Shown here in pieces: positions 1 through 10,902 of a stretch of DNA of 64,000 nt (within the stretch, counting starts at the first letter, position 1; the number at the start of each line of letters is the position of its first letter). The position numbers were made by a program, and so were the translations under genes. The notes below the pieces were generated by a model that was given only the letters and a program-made list of their open reading frames with translations, did no database searches and was not told where the DNA came from. Origin of the DNA: Bdellovibrionales bacterium (GTDB taxonomy: Bacteria > Bdellovibrionota > Bdellovibrionia > Bdellovibrionales > UBA1609); the NCBI GenBank assembly GCA_965200875.1, contig OZ241456.1, forward strand, positions 832,001 to 896,000. Direction: 5' to 3'.

Positions 1-1
1 G

Positions 2-967
2 GAAAGACGACTTACAAGATTCAAAGAGATTGTAGACCCTGCCCCTTCCGGTTGGGAAGTCCTGGGCAATGTGGTTGGCACAGTCGGTGCGGCCGCTATG
101 GGTTATTATGGAGTTAAAGAAGCAAATAAATTAAGAGACCAACAAGGTTTTGCGGCTCAACCTGGCCTTGCTATGGGCCTTGCATACCCTTTTATTATGA
201 AGGGGCTTTATGGTGGTGGACTGTTTGGCAGTTCCTCATCTTTGGCCTGCTCCCCCACTATGCACGGCGGAGGTGGACTGTTTAGTAACCCCTTTATGGC
301 ACAAATGCAAATGCAACAAATGCAACAAATGCAAATGTTTGGCGGTATGCCTAGCATGGGCGCGATGATGGGCATGGGTAACATGATTGGTATGATGGGC
401 ATGGGTGCGATGATGGGCGGTGCGATGATGGGCATGGGCAACATGATAGGCATGGGTAACATGATGATGGGCATGGGTAACATGATTGGTATGATGGGCA
501 TGGGCGCGATGATGGGCGGTGCGATGATGGGCGGTATAATGAATATGGGAATGCCTGGCATGGGTAATATGATGGGCATGGGTAATATGATGGGCATGGG
601 TGGCATAATGAATATGGGAATGCCTGGCATGGGTAATATGATGGGCATGGGTAATATGATGGGCATGGGTAATATGATGGGCATGGGCCAACAATCTTAT
701 ATGTCATATCAACAAGCTTTAATGTCCTGGAGAATGTCACAAATGAATAATTATATGCAAAAGCAACAAGCTGTAAGTAGCCTGCAACAAGAAGTATGGC
801 GTCTTCAAGCACAAATCCAGCAAACACTCTATGGTGGCACTGGCACTAACTATGACTTCAGCGGAGCTGGTGGTGGTGGTGATGATGATGATGACGGAAG
901 TGCCGTTGGTGCTGGTGGCAGAGAAGACGGACCAGTAAACCGTGGTAGAATAATCCGAGGAATATAA
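2..967 (+). CDS. Met/Gly-rich low-complexity protein, 5' end outside the window
   Basis: The frame is open from base 2 (ERRLTRFKEIV...). It has GMGNMM/GMGAMM repeats at ~340-690, a Gln-rich coiled coil and a Gly/Asp tail. Confidence 0.8.
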   Translation, partial: ERRLTRFKEIVDPAPSGWEVLGNVVGTVGAAAMGYYGVKEANKLRDQQGFAAQPGLAMGLAYPFIMKGLYGGGLFGSSSSLACSPTMHGGGGLFSNPFMAQMQMQQMQQMQMFGGMPSMGAMMGMGNMIGMMGMGAMMGGAMMGMGNMIGMGNMMMGMGNMIGMMGMGAMMGGAMMGGIMNMGMPGMGNMMGMGNMMGMGGIMNMGMPGMGNMMGMGNMMGMGNMMGMGQQSYMSYQQALMSWRMSQMNNYMQKQQAVSSLQQEVWRLQAQIQQTLYGGTGTNYDFSGAGGGGDDDDDGSAVGAGGREDGPVNRGRIIRGI

Positions 968-1160
968 TCTATCCCATCCTGAATAAATGTTTTTTCTTTC
1001 CTCGAAAGCGGATTTGAGCGAGATGGACTTAGTCGATCAGGAATAAATTCGTTTAGTGGACAACAAGTACTCTTACCAATACTGCACCGCTTAGGTGAAA
1101 ACATACGTGTTTTTCACACACGCGTCTTTCAGCCACGACACATATAATATATAAACACCA

Positions 1161-1177
1161 TTTTTCACGGGCCACTA
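1161..1177 (-). repeat. Isolated terminal repeat of the MITE-like family
   Basis: The minus strand reads TAGTGGCCCGTGAAAAA, identical to the element end at 24747 and 30308. It contains the pilP stop codon. Confidence 0.85.
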
Positions 1178-2331
1178 TTTTTATCAGCAGATTTCTTTAG
1201 AGGAGCAGAAGGGGAGGATGGAGGTGAAGTAGGAGGAGGTGGTGAAGCAGGAGGAGGTGGAGATGATGACACAGAAGAAGAAACATACTCTCCTCGATTT
1301 TCTAGGTTATGTTGTTCTCCTATTGGCATAAAAAAAGGAGTGTAAGACTTTCCTTTCTTATCTATTGTACCTATCACTCTAGGTTCAAGAATAATAACTC
1401 CATCTTCTCTTACTTGATAAATAACACCTCTGTTTCTTCCAATTCTGTCATTCTTTTGTAATTGATAAATTCCTTCATCTGTTTTAAACAAGGCTTTTGA
1501 AGCTCCTATTTTGGAATTCCATTTAATTCCCACTAATGTAATGTCAGTTAATGCGTACTTCCCTGTCGGATAATCTGGCAACACATTCTCTTCCATTACT
1601 CCTTCCACTACTTTTTGTTCTTCCACTTGATAAGGATTAAAAGGGTCTCTTCTATCAACGCTATCATATTGATAATCGCTTAAAAGCCTGTATATATTCG
1701 CGACTTTTTGATTGATATTCTGTAAATCCTTAGCTGTTTTTGAATCAATTGCTTGGTTCGATTGAGGTTGTTGCTCCATGTTTTCTTGCAACATTTCATC
1801 CGTGTTGGCAGATGGAATCTCTGGTGGAGGGGGAATAACATTGTTATCTGTACCGTCGCCTGAAATGGAAGCACCTTGACGCTGAACAGAAGAAGGTACA
1901 GAAGGAGGTGTGGAGTCAGCTAAGCCAGTAGCAGGACGATCAGCCGGACGGGCAGAACCACCATCCCCCGCAGAAGGAGGTGTTGGCGCATTAGCAGGAC
2001 CAACCGAAGCCGGTGGACGGGCAGAACCATCATCTCCCGCAGAAGGAGGTGTTGGCGCATTAGCAGGACCAGCTGGTGGACGGGCAGAACCATCCCCCGC
2101 AGAAGGAGGTGTGGAGTCAGCTAAGCCAGTAGCAGGACCAGCAGGACGAGGAGAACCACCATCCCCCGCAGAAGGAGGTGTGGAGTCAGCCAAGCCAGTG
2201 GCAGGTCCAGAAGGGTCTCCTTTTGCAGATACATTTGGAAAAAAAGAAAAAGTGGTAAAAAACCATATCACAAAAAATAAAGATCCAATACCTACATTCA
2301 AATAAAGAAAAATCTCAAAAAGTCTTCTCAT
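1165..2331 (-). CDS. pilP: Type IV pilus assembly protein PilP with Pro/Ala repeat expansion
   Basis: RRDPFNP motif and a PilP beta-domain (YALTDITLVGI...A...IGRNRGVI...I). It follows pilO and has N-terminal ADSTPPSAGDG repeats. Confidence 0.8.
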   Translation of the reverse strand: MRRLFEIFLYLNVGIGSLFFVIWFFTTFSFFPNVSAKGDPSGPATGLADSTPPSAGDGGSPRPAGPATGLADSTPPSAGDGSARPPAGPANAPTPPSAGDDGSARPPASVGPANAPTPPSAGDGGSARPADRPATGLADSTPPSVPSSVQRQGASISGDGTDNNVIPPPPEIPSANTDEMLQENMEQQPQSNQAIDSKTAKDLQNINQKVANIYRLLSDYQYDSVDRRDPFNPYQVEEQKVVEGVMEENVLPDYPTGKYALTDITLVGIKWNSKIGASKALFKTDEGIYQLQKNDRIGRNRGVIYQVREDGVIILEPRVIGTIDKKGKSYTPFFMPIGEQHNLENRGEYVSSSVSSSPPPPASPPPPTSPPSSPSAPLKKSADKNSGP

Positions 2332-2942
2332 TTTCCCGCTTCCTGATTGTTGTCTTCTATAATAGCAGAAGTATAACGATAACCATAAATATCCATTTGC
2401 ATTTTTATTTCATTTAAACCGGCAGTATATGATGCTTTTTGCCCACCCATAGTCTCCATTGTGAATCTCTCTACAGTAATTATTTCACTTAGACTTGTCA
2501 ACTTGGACATAAATATAAGCACTTGCGTAAATAAACCTGTCACTGTTACACTTACTTTTAATTTTTCATAAAATTCCTTTTTTTCAGTATTACTATGAGT
2601 CACAATATCGGGTAAATCCACTCCTGCCACTTTGGCTTGTTGATTTAAATGATTCAATATCATTGTTGATGTCATTTCATTTGGAATAAATTGAAGGAAT
2701 TTATTAATTTCACCGCCCATGAGACTCATGGCTTTATCTAATTCATTAAGACTTTTCAGCTCTGCTTTCAAGTCTTCGATCTCTTTTTTAACAACATTTT
2801 GTTGTTTGTCCAATTCACTAATTTCATTTTTAATGGACCCTCCATCATCAAATTTGGTAATATAATATAAGCCTGCTAATCCAGTACTTAAGATAATTAT
2901 CATTCCTACACTTAACTGAGAAAACACTTTCAACCACAACAT
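2328..2942 (-). CDS. pilO: Type IV pilus assembly protein PilO
   Basis: TM helix plus coiled coil, FYEKLKVSVTVTG..QVLIFMSKL..L.EIITV motif, and operon position. Confidence 0.9.
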   Translation of the reverse strand: MLWLKVFSQLSVGMIIILSTGLAGLYYITKFDDGGSIKNEISELDKQQNVVKKEIEDLKAELKSLNELDKAMSLMGGEINKFLQFIPNEMTSTMILNHLNQQAKVAGVDLPDIVTHSNTEKKEFYEKLKVSVTVTGLFTQVLIFMSKLTSLSEIITVERFTMETMGGQKASYTAGLNEIKMQMDIYGYRYTSAIIEDNNQEAGK

Positions 2943-2956
2943 ATTTTATTTACTCC

Positions 2957-3601
2957 CTATTTTTGTTTATGTTTTAACACACTTAATATAGTGAAATATC
3001 TCCTTTTGTTGGATTTACTGCTTGCATCCTCCCCCGCTTTTTCCAAATTAACTTGTGAAAATAAGTTTGTTTTTTCCAATTCCTTCATAAAATTCTGAAT
3101 TTGTGTGGTATTAATACTTAGTCCTGTGAGCGTGAAACGATTATTTTCAAACCTTACTCTTCGTAACCATACTTCCTCAGGAATTGCATTTTGTATATGA
3201 TCCAAACCTGTTAAAGCGGATAATCGATTATCCACAATAGTTTGCATAACCTCCAATTTGTTATCAAATTCTTCTGATTTTTTGAGCATATGTCCGAAAC
3301 CATCCACTTCTTTCTTCACATTGTCTTTTTGACTTTTTAGTTTACTCAACTCTGTATTTGCCATTGTTCTTTGCATGGCAAGTTTTGCCATATTGTTTTT
3401 TTCATAACGGATTAAAATCAAGGTACCTACTCCACAAAGTGCCAATCTGATAAAAAAACCAATAATCTTTTTTGAGTCAATCTCTATATTTTCTAAAAAA
3501 CCCGGTATGCTGGATTTTTTATCATCGTATAGAAAAATATCATCTTGGTCCATTTCATCGACAACAGTCGAAGCTTTGGTTTTTCTCAGATCAAATTTCA
3601 T
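2957..3601 (-). CDS. pilN: Type IV pilus assembly protein PilN
   Basis: IPEEVWL...FTLTG...IQNFMKELE.T.LFSQVNL motif. Lies between pilM and pilO. Confidence 0.9.
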   Translation of the reverse strand: MKFDLRKTKASTVVDEMDQDDIFLYDDKKSSIPGFLENIEIDSKKIIGFFIRLALCGVGTLILIRYEKNNMAKLAMQRTMANTELSKLKSQKDNVKKEVDGFGHMLKKSEEFDNKLEVMQTIVDNRLSALTGLDHIQNAIPEEVWLRRVRFENNRFTLTGLSINTTQIQNFMKELEKTNLFSQVNLEKAGEDASSKSNKRRYFTILSVLKHKQK

Positions 3602-4684
3602 CTAACTTAACCCTCTTAAACAAGTTCCTACACAAGCTGGCGTGAAATATTTGATATCATTCACAGCAGTCTCCAGGGATTCATTGATCTGTATCCCATC
3701 AAAGGGATTCAGCAGGTGCACGGGCAGATTAAATTTCTTCTCTATAGTTGTTATAAGGTTGGCTATCTTTCCTCCTCCACCTGTTACATAAATTCGTGAA
3801 AATTCTTCTTCAGGAAACTGATTTTTAAAGTATTCACATCCCACAAAAATTTCATCACAAAAATAATGCACACTGGTCTCTATTAAATGACTTACCTCAG
3901 GAGGTGCTTCATCTCCGGCACACCAACTTATTTTTAAAGATTCTGCTTCCTGATATTCTATCCCCATTTCTTTCATCAAATATACAGTATAAAAATCACT
4001 GCCAACCAGTATATAGCGGGAAAAGATTAAATCGCCACGTCTCAACACAGTAAACATTGTTCCTGATTTTCCTATATCCAAAATCAAGGTATTTTCATCT
4101 TTTTTACTGATTTCCGGTTCTATAAATTTGATACAATTAGACAGTGCGAAGGCACACATATCAATGACCTTACATTTGTACCCCATGTTTTCAATCATTT
4201 GATTGATTTTTTCAACGCTTTCTTCTTTTACAGCTATCAGTAAAATATTCACTTTATTCTTATTAGTTGTCATGTAATTGGAGATTGGCATATAATTATA
4301 ATTTATTTCATTTATATCGAACGGAAAATTTTGTTTGATCTCTTCATGTACGAAGGTATCCATGAGCTTTTCTTCTGATTGCAGTATTTCCATTTTTTTA
4401 ACAATAATGGATCGACCACTCATTGAAACATATATATCGGAAATTACTCCTTTTGTATGTTGAGAAATAAATTCAGGGAGAATATCCTTAAGAGGTTCTG
4501 CATTGATTAAATCGCCTTGTTCCATACAGTTATCTGGAATGGACAAAGTGGCAAAATTTTCCAAAACCGGAATGGATTTTTTTTTTATGGAAAAGTCAGC
4601 TAGTTTTGCTGTATGGCTACCTACATCCAATGTAACTATCCTTTTTGGTTTTGGTCTCAACTTATTGAGTAATAAGTGTTTCAC
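3602..4684 (-). CDS. pilM: Type IV pilus assembly protein PilM
   Basis: Actin-like motifs LDVGSHTAK, LDIGKSGT, EAESLK and YVTGGG. Confidence 0.93.
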   Translation of the reverse strand: MKHLLLNKLRPKPKRIVTLDVGSHTAKLADFSIKKKSIPVLENFATLSIPDNCMEQGDLINAEPLKDILPEFISQHTKGVISDIYVSMSGRSIIVKKMEILQSEEKLMDTFVHEEIKQNFPFDINEINYNYMPISNYMTTNKNKVNILLIAVKEESVEKINQMIENMGYKCKVIDMCAFALSNCIKFIEPEISKKDENTLILDIGKSGTMFTVLRRGDLIFSRYILVGSDFYTVYLMKEMGIEYQEAESLKISWCAGDEAPPEVSHLIETSVHYFCDEIFVGCEYFKNQFPEEEFSRIYVTGGGGKIANLITTIEKKFNLPVHLLNPFDGIQINESLETAVNDIKYFTPACVGTCLRGLS

Positions 4685-4769
4685 TGTTTCCTTCCCTGAA
4701 GTGTATATTAAATTAAAACCAAAGTCTTAAGAAAAGTCAACTGCACTGTGTTTTCATGGGAGAATTTAC

Positions 4770-5558
4770 TTAGCGCATAAAAAAAACAGACAAATACATA
4801 CGAGACAGCTCTTCCCCCCAAAAAATATACGCAATCGCTGAAAAGGCTAAATAAGGCCCAAAAGGTATTGTTTGTCTGAGATAATTCTTAGATTGAAACA
4901 TTATAACAATACCGGCAAATAAACCCATAAAGCAGGAAAGCAAAATAACGAATGGTATGGCTTTCCAGGTCAAAACAGCTCCAATCCAGGCTAATAACTT
5001 AATGTCCCCCCCTCCTAATCCTTCTTCTTTACGAAGGGCGTAATAAAAAATTGCTATAAACCACAAAAAACCACCTCCCATCAACATTCCGCTCAAAGCT
5101 GGCCAAAATTCACGCCCAGCTTCCGGGTTCAGAAGTGCTCCTGTTAAACCCAGAAAAATACCTGATAAGGTGAGGGAGTCCGGCAAAATCATCTGTTCCA
5201 AATCCACGGCACTGGCAACCACGAGGGCAAAGGTAAAAAGCAGGTATTCCAACAAAACATATTTCCATCCCACAAAATATAATAGCAAAACAAACAAAAC
5301 TGCCATTAATAGTTCGATGGCAAAAGGACGAAAAGGCGGTTTTTCCCGTTTAATTTTCTTGGCGACCCAAGAACAAGGCAACCATCCCCAGTCATTTTGA
5401 CACTTTAGGCAAAAAGAAAAAAAACCTCCTTTTGTGTCTCCTTTTTCAATATTGGAGAAAATTTCTGTTAAAATCGCCCCCACACGACCAAAAACAATCC
5501 CTAAAACAATAAATAAATAAAAATTCCAATGAAAGGAAAAGGAGAACCAATCAGGCAA
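4770..5558 (-). CDS. pilD: Prepilin peptidase (A24) with a degenerate N-terminal Cys domain
   Basis: VDLEQMILPD, GLGGGDIKL and IPFGPYL motifs. Probable TTG start at 5558 after AAGGAAG (ORF track starts at 5591). Confidence 0.9.
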   Translation of the reverse strand: MPDWFSFSFHWNFYLFIVLGIVFGRVGAILTEIFSNIEKGDTKGGFFSFCLKCQNDWGWLPCSWVAKKIKREKPPFRPFAIELLMAVLFVLLLYFVGWKYVLLEYLLFTFALVVASAVDLEQMILPDSLTLSGIFLGLTGALLNPEAGREFWPALSGMLMGGGFLWFIAIFYYALRKEEGLGGGDIKLLAWIGAVLTWKAIPFVILLSCFMGLFAGIVIMFQSKNYLRQTIPFGPYLAFSAIAYIFWGEELSRMYLSVFFMR

Positions 5559-6327
5559 TTCGCTTCCTTTCAAATAAAATGCTTGTAACAAGCAAGAGGA
5601 AAACCACCCAAGAAACAGCGTACAAAGAGGAAAAAAGTAGCTCTCCTTTTACCAAAGGATCGTGGTATAAGGCATGAGCGCGCCAATTAAGTTTTTCAAA
5701 ATTTGGCAAAGCTCGGGTTACAACATCAACAGTAACTTTAAATATTTGATTTTCATTGGTTTTACTAAGAAGAAACATAATGCCATTTGCCGAGTGACCA
5801 ATGATAAAAACCAAAACAGAATATATCAACACAGAAAAAGAAGAAGAAAAGTTGCTAAAGAAAAAAGCCACTGTCAAAAGGATTAAAGCTTCTAAAAATA
5901 TTCCCCATAAGGCGATGAACAATAGAGAACTCACAGAATGGCTGTAAATCCAATGTACAGTTAACACAAATAAAGTTAAAAAAACCAAAACCAAAAGCAA
6001 AATAATAGACAAACCAAAAAACTTGCCAATAATAAACTGTAATCTGGAAATAGGTTTTACAAACAAAGTGATGGCTGTTCTCTTTTCGATTTCATGAGAA
6101 ATTAAACCGCTTGCAAAATAAACAGAGATGAGAATAAGACCAATATGACAGGAAGTAAAGGCAAAGTTAATACTCAGACGAACCTGCTCATTCAAGCTTA
6201 AAGGACCTAAAACAAACCCTGTTGCTATAATAAATATTACCATGCTGGCTAGAGCATATAAAATTTTATGTCTCTGGATTTCCTTTACTGTGTTTAACGC
6301 AATAAAGAGGATATTTTTCATTTTCAA
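5551..6327 (-). CDS. ABC transporter permease (PilI-like)
   Basis: Multi-TM protein with an EIEKRT...KPISR.QFIIGKF motif. Lies between the ABC ATPase and pilD. Confidence 0.85.
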   Translation of the reverse strand: MKMKNILFIALNTVKEIQRHKILYALASMVIFIIATGFVLGPLSLNEQVRLSINFAFTSCHIGLILISVYFASGLISHEIEKRTAITLFVKPISRLQFIIGKFFGLSIILLLVLVFLTLFVLTVHWIYSHSVSSLLFIALWGIFLEALILLTVAFFFSNFSSSFSVLIYSVLVFIIGHSANGIMFLLSKTNENQIFKVTVDVVTRALPNFEKLNWRAHALYHDPLVKGELLFSSLYAVSWVVFLLLVTSILFERKRIA

Positions 6328-7232
6328 AGTCCTTTTTCGATGATTTCAGAGAAAGCCTGTTCCAAACTTTTTTTATCCAACTTAACATCCAAAATATTAC
6401 AGGAATTTTTTCTCAATCGGTCAATCTCCTGTTGGCAATCCATGAGGCTTTCCACAAAAACAGTGTGCTTCTGTTCTTTTTTCGTGTAAATAATTTGTCG
6501 CCGGCCTTTGATGCGATCCAATAAATCCTGTACAGAACCGGAATAAGCCACCTTGCCCTTTTTTAAAACCACTAAATTCTGACAGAGCTTTTCCACATCA
6601 TGTAAAAGGTGTGAGCTAAAAAAAATTGTTGTACCTTGTTTGGCCATGTCCTGTATCAAGTCTCCAACATACAAGCGACTGTCTGGATCTAAACCAGCCA
6701 TAGGTTCATCCAAAATGACAAACTCAGGGCTATGAATAAGTGCCTGCGCAATTCCCACTTTTTGCAACATACCTTTGGAGTAAGTCCTTATTTTTCGATC
6801 CTTTGCGTCATATATATCCAGCTTTTTTAATAAACTTCTGGCTTTGTCTTTCAAATCAGTGAGCTTCATGGAAGTGGAAAGCCGTCCGTAAAAAATTAAA
6901 AGCTCCTCACCGGTTAAATAATCATGGAAATAAGGCTGTTCCGGGAGAAAACCAACCCTTTTCAATACAGATTTGGATAAAGGTTTGTTATCAAAAAAAA
7001 ACACTTCACCGGAATCAAAAGGAATCAACCCCAAAATACATTTTAAAGTTGTTGTTTTTCCTGAACCATTTCTGCCTAAAAATCCAGTAGTCACTGCCTT
7101 GAAAATGGAAAAATCAATTTGCTCCAATACTTTTTTCTCAGTGGATTTAATTCCTTTTTCAAGCTCTTTCTCAAGGGAAAAAAGTCCTTCCTTAAAACTT
7201 TTTTTCAGATTTTTGACTTGCAAAACAGACAT
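6324..7232 (-). CDS. ABC transporter ATP-binding protein (PilH-like)
   Basis: Walker A GRNGSGKTT, signature YSKGM, Walker B ILDEP and SSH motif. Confidence 0.92.
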   Translation of the reverse strand: MSVLQVKNLKKSFKEGLFSLEKELEKGIKSTEKKVLEQIDFSIFKAVTTGFLGRNGSGKTTTLKCILGLIPFDSGEVFFFDNKPLSKSVLKRVGFLPEQPYFHDYLTGEELLIFYGRLSTSMKLTDLKDKARSLLKKLDIYDAKDRKIRTYSKGMLQKVGIAQALIHSPEFVILDEPMAGLDPDSRLYVGDLIQDMAKQGTTIFFSSHLLHDVEKLCQNLVVLKKGKVAYSGSVQDLLDRIKGRRQIIYTKKEQKHTVFVESLMDCQQEIDRLRKNSCNILDVKLDKKSLEQAFSEIIEKGL

Positions 7233-7248
7233 ACATCCTCCAGAAACT

Positions 7249-10200
7249 TCAGTTTGTCATGAAGGGCAGAGGCTGAACAGAAAAGCTTTTTTTTTGTGTT
7301 TCACGCAACGCAAAAACCACCGCTTTAGCTGCCTCACTTTCCGTAATACACGGGACGCCATATTCCAGACAGCTTCGGCGAATACTAAAGCTGATTTCTA
7401 TGGATCGCCTCCCGGAAGTGGTATTAATCACAAAAGCCACCTGACCGGAGCGAATACGATCCACACAGTGTGGCCGACCTTCACGCACTTTTTTCACTTT
7501 TAAACAGTCTACTTTATGAGATTTAAGAAATTCCCAAGTTCCTCCTGTTGCAGATAAAGTATAACCCATTTCCCGTAACTTCAAGGCTGTTGGCAATAGC
7601 TCTTCTTTATCTTTATCTCTTAAAGAGAGAAAAACCTCACCGCTTTTTGGCAAATTTAGCTGAGAGGAGTAAAGAGCTTTTAAAATAGCTGAAGAATAGT
7701 TGGCACCACGCCCCATTACTTCACCAATGGATTTCATCTCTGGCCCTAAAATGGAGTCCACATCTTCAAATTTTTTAAACGGAAAAACCACTCCTTTTAC
7801 TGATACCATTTTTTGCGCTCTCCAGTTATATTTATCTGTCTGAATTTTTGCCTTTGGCCAACCCAACATGGCTAAAATTGCCAAATCCACAAGAGGAATA
7901 CCAGTGGCTTTGGATAAAAATGGCACACTGCGGGAGCTTCTGGGGTTGGCTTCCAAAATATAAATTTCGTCATTTTTGATCGCCAGCTGAAGATTCAAAA
8001 ACCCGGAAATTTTTAAATGACGAGCCATTTCAACAGAAAGTTGTTCCAGTTTTTCACAAACTTCCTGTTTTAACCTCTGTGGTGGAACAACTCCCATACT
8101 GTCACCACTATGCACTCCCGCGTTTTCAATATGTTCAACAATTCCCCCTATTATTGCCCAATCAGGACCACAAACCAGATCCACATCCACTTCCAAAGAG
8201 TTTTCCAAAAACTGATCTATCAGGCAAGGTTTTTCAGAAGATATAAAAGGCTGATACCGATGAAAATATTTTATGAGTTCATCCTGATTTTCAATAATTT
8301 CCATTCGACGCCCTCCCAACACATAACTTGGGCGACATATCACGGGGTATCCAATGGCTTTCACGACTTTGAAGGCATCCTCCACCCGCGTCACTGTTCC
8401 GGCTTTTGGAGTTCTAAATCCCATGCTGGAGCAAAGAGAGGAAAAACGAAGCCGGTCTTCAGCAAGGTCAATACTTTTTATGGGAGAACCGATAAGGGAA
8501 AACCCTCCCTCCACTAAAGTACCTGCTAAGCTGATTGGAGTCTGCCCTCCCATTTGAGCACAAAATCCGGTGGGTTGAACGAACTGCAACACCTCCATTG
8601 TGTGTTCTGTTGTTAAAGGCTCAAAAAACAGCTGATCAGAAGTGTCATAATCTGTGGAAACTGTCTCAGGGTTGGAGTTTATCATCACTGTTTTATACCC
8701 CAGCTCCTTCAATTTTTTGACACTGCGAACACAGGAATAGTCAAACTCAATCCCCTGACCTATACGGTTTGGTCCACTTCCTAAAATCACCACTTTTTTC
8801 TTAATGGGTTTGAGCTTTTTTCGGGTTCGTCCCGCTCCCCAATAAGTGGAATAATAATAAGGGGTTTCAGAAGCAAATTCCCCTGCGCAGGTATCCACTT
8901 GATAAAAAGAGGGAACAATGTTGTGCTTCCATCGGAATTTTCTAATCTCCTTTTCTTTTTTATTAAACCAATGAGCCAATAAAAAATCAGGAATCCCCAT
9001 GCGTTTGGATAAAAATACTGTTTCCGGCAGGAGTTTTTTTATTGTCTTTTTAACCTTTTTTTCAAACTTGATAAGGCGATAAAATTGATCCAAAAACCAG
9101 GGATCAATCTGAGTCCATTCATAAATTTTGTTAATTGTTTTTCCTCGCCTTAAAGCTTCCAATAAAGCATATATTCTTTGGCTGTTAGGATAAGCCATCT
9201 GCTTTTCGGAAAAACTCATTCCTTTCAGAAGTTCTTGATTCTTCTCCAAAGACATTACAGCTTTCATAAAAGCTTCCAAGAAAGTTCTGCCAATGCCCAT
9301 AACTTCTCCCACGCTTTTCATCTGGGTATTTAAAACATCTTTTGATCCTTCAAACTTTTCAAAATCAAAGCGCGGTATTTTTACGACCACATAATCCAAA
9401 GCTGGTTCATAACATGAAGGAGTGTTTCCTGTAATATCGTTTTTAATTTCGTCCATAGTTAAACCCACTGCCACAAGGGAGGCAATTTTGGCAATCGGAA
9501 ATCCTGTGGCCTTGCTGGCCAGAGCAGATGAGCGACTGACTCTGGGGTTCATTTCTATGACCAGTCTTTCACGGGTTTCTGGGTGGACAGCAAACTGAAT
9601 ATTGGCTCCGCCTGTTTCCACTCCTACAGCGGAAATAATTTTTTGCGCCTCATCTCGCATGGCCTGATATTCTCTGTCAGAAAGAGTCTGCTGGGGAGAA
9701 ACAGAACAGCTGTCCCCTGTGTGTACACCACAAGGATCTATGTTTTCGACAGAGCATACAACAACAAAAGTGCCGGATTTATCCCGCATTACTTCCAATT
9801 CAAACTCTTTCCACCCCAAAAGGCTTTTTTCCACCAGTACCTCTGAAGAAGGGCTTTCTTTTAACGCGGAGATCAGTTTTCTTTCATATTCTTCCAGAGA
9901 GTTAGCCACACCACTTCCTGCACCACCCAAAGTGTAATTGGGCCTTAGGACGAGAGGGAAAGAAAGCTCCTCTGCCACTTTTACGCCCTGTTTAAAGTTT
10001 TTTACCAAAGTGCTTTCTGGGTAACGAGCCCCCACTTTTTTTAGTAATTGCCTAAATCCCTCTCTGTTTTCCGCTCTGCGGATCACTACGGGATCAGCTC
10101 CTAAAAGCTGAATATTCATTTTTTTTAACATTTTTCTCTTGTCCAGCTCCAAAGCCAAATTGAGGGCTGTCTGACCACCTAGCGTGGGTATAATGGCCGA

Positions 10201-10449
10201 TGGTTTTTCCTGCTTTAAAATATGTTCCACAAATTCCACTTTTAAAGGTTCAATATAAACGCGGGTGGCAATTTCTGGGTCTGTCATAATAGTGGCTGGA
10301 TTGGAGTTAATCAGTATAACTTCAAGTCCTTTTTCCATTAAAGCTTTACAGGCTTGAGTGCCTGAGTAGTCAAACTCACAGGCTTGGCCAATAACAATAG
10401 GTCCACTTCCTAAAATCACCACTTTTTTGATGTCTTTTTTAATAGGCAT
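7249..10449 (-). CDS. carB: Carbamoyl-phosphate synthase large subunit
   Basis: [17 protein letters not shown], a duplicated ATP-grasp, [10 protein letters not shown] and an MGS domain. Confidence 0.98.
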   Translation of the reverse strand: MPIKKDIKKVVILGSGPIVIGQACEFDYSGTQACKALMEKGLEVILINSNPATIMTDPEIATRVYIEPLKVEFVEHILKQEKPSAIIPTLGGQTALNLALELDKRKMLKKMNIQLLGADPVVIRRAENREGFRQLLKKVGARYPESTLVKNFKQGVKVAEELSFPLVLRPNYTLGGAGSGVANSLEEYERKLISALKESPSSEVLVEKSLLGWKEFELEVMRDKSGTFVVVCSVENIDPCGVHTGDSCSVSPQQTLSDREYQAMRDEAQKIISAVGVETGGANIQFAVHPETRERLVIEMNPRVSRSSALASKATGFPIAKIASLVAVGLTMDEIKNDITGNTPSCYEPALDYVVVKIPRFDFEKFEGSKDVLNTQMKSVGEVMGIGRTFLEAFMKAVMSLEKNQELLKGMSFSEKQMAYPNSQRIYALLEALRRGKTINKIYEWTQIDPWFLDQFYRLIKFEKKVKKTIKKLLPETVFLSKRMGIPDFLLAHWFNKKEKEIRKFRWKHNIVPSFYQVDTCAGEFASETPYYYSTYWGAGRTRKKLKPIKKKVVILGSGPNRIGQGIEFDYSCVRSVKKLKELGYKTVMINSNPETVSTDYDTSDQLFFEPLTTEHTMEVLQFVQPTGFCAQMGGQTPISLAGTLVEGGFSLIGSPIKSIDLAEDRLRFSSLCSSMGFRTPKAGTVTRVEDAFKVVKAIGYPVICRPSYVLGGRRMEIIENQDELIKYFHRYQPFISSEKPCLIDQFLENSLEVDVDLVCGPDWAIIGGIVEHIENAGVHSGDSMGVVPPQRLKQEVCEKLEQLSVEMARHLKISGFLNLQLAIKNDEIYILEANPRSSRSVPFLSKATGIPLVDLAILAMLGWPKAKIQTDKYNWRAQKMVSVKGVVFPFKKFEDVDSILGPEMKSIGEVMGRGANYSSAILKALYSSQLNLPKSGEVFLSLRDKDKEELLPTALKLREMGYTLSATGGTWEFLKSHKVDCLKVKKVREGRPHCVDRIRSGQVAFVINTTSGRRSIEISFSIRRSCLEYGVPCITESEAAKAVVFALRETQKKSFSVQPLPFMTN

Positions 10450-10832
10450 AATTAAAAAACCTTTCTACTGATTCTTATGGGGTAGCCAAAAATTTTTCCA
10501 AAAACCGAAAAATCAATTATTAGAAATAATATAATAAATTCCATAATTTTTAAAATCAAAAGAAAAATTTTTCTTAAGTTTTTTCTGATCCTAACGATGC
10601 AATAAGTTATTATCATAATCCTCCGTGAAAAAGGTTGTTTCATGGTGTAGGAAAAAGAGTTAATGATTTTTGGATCTATGGACCAGAGTTGCTTTTTGTT
10701 TTTTTTGTCAGGGAGCTGGAACAGGTTGTTATTTTCCAGCATCTCTGCATAATCTTTACTTCTTATAGTTCTAATATACCCAAGATAAACAGATACAAAG
10801 TATTTGTCGTGTATTTTAGTTTCTTTTGAAGA

Positions 10833-10892
10833 TTTTATATTATTTTCAGCAATTTTCACATAATCAGGATTAATTTCTATACCCAATAAATT
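10833..10892 (-). pseudogene. Possible C-terminal remnant of an N4/N6 DNA methyltransferase
   Basis: NLLGIEINPDYVKIAENNIK within ORF 10452..10952 resembles the GIE...Y...A..RI end of beta-class MTases. The rest of that ORF is unrecognisable. Confidence 0.4.
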
Positions 10893-10902
10893 TTGCTTTA
10901 TT

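Noticed and set aside
208..827. Three antisense ORFs (MPII-, HAHH- and YYPCPS-repeat)
   Set aside because: They are shadows of the stop-poor Met/Gly repeat on the + strand.
1910..2305. Antisense ORF with PAEGGV repeats
   Set aside because: It is a shadow of the pilP repeat region.
6973..7503. 176-aa antisense ORF over the ABC ATPase and carB
   Set aside because: It overlaps two well-supported genes and has no motifs.
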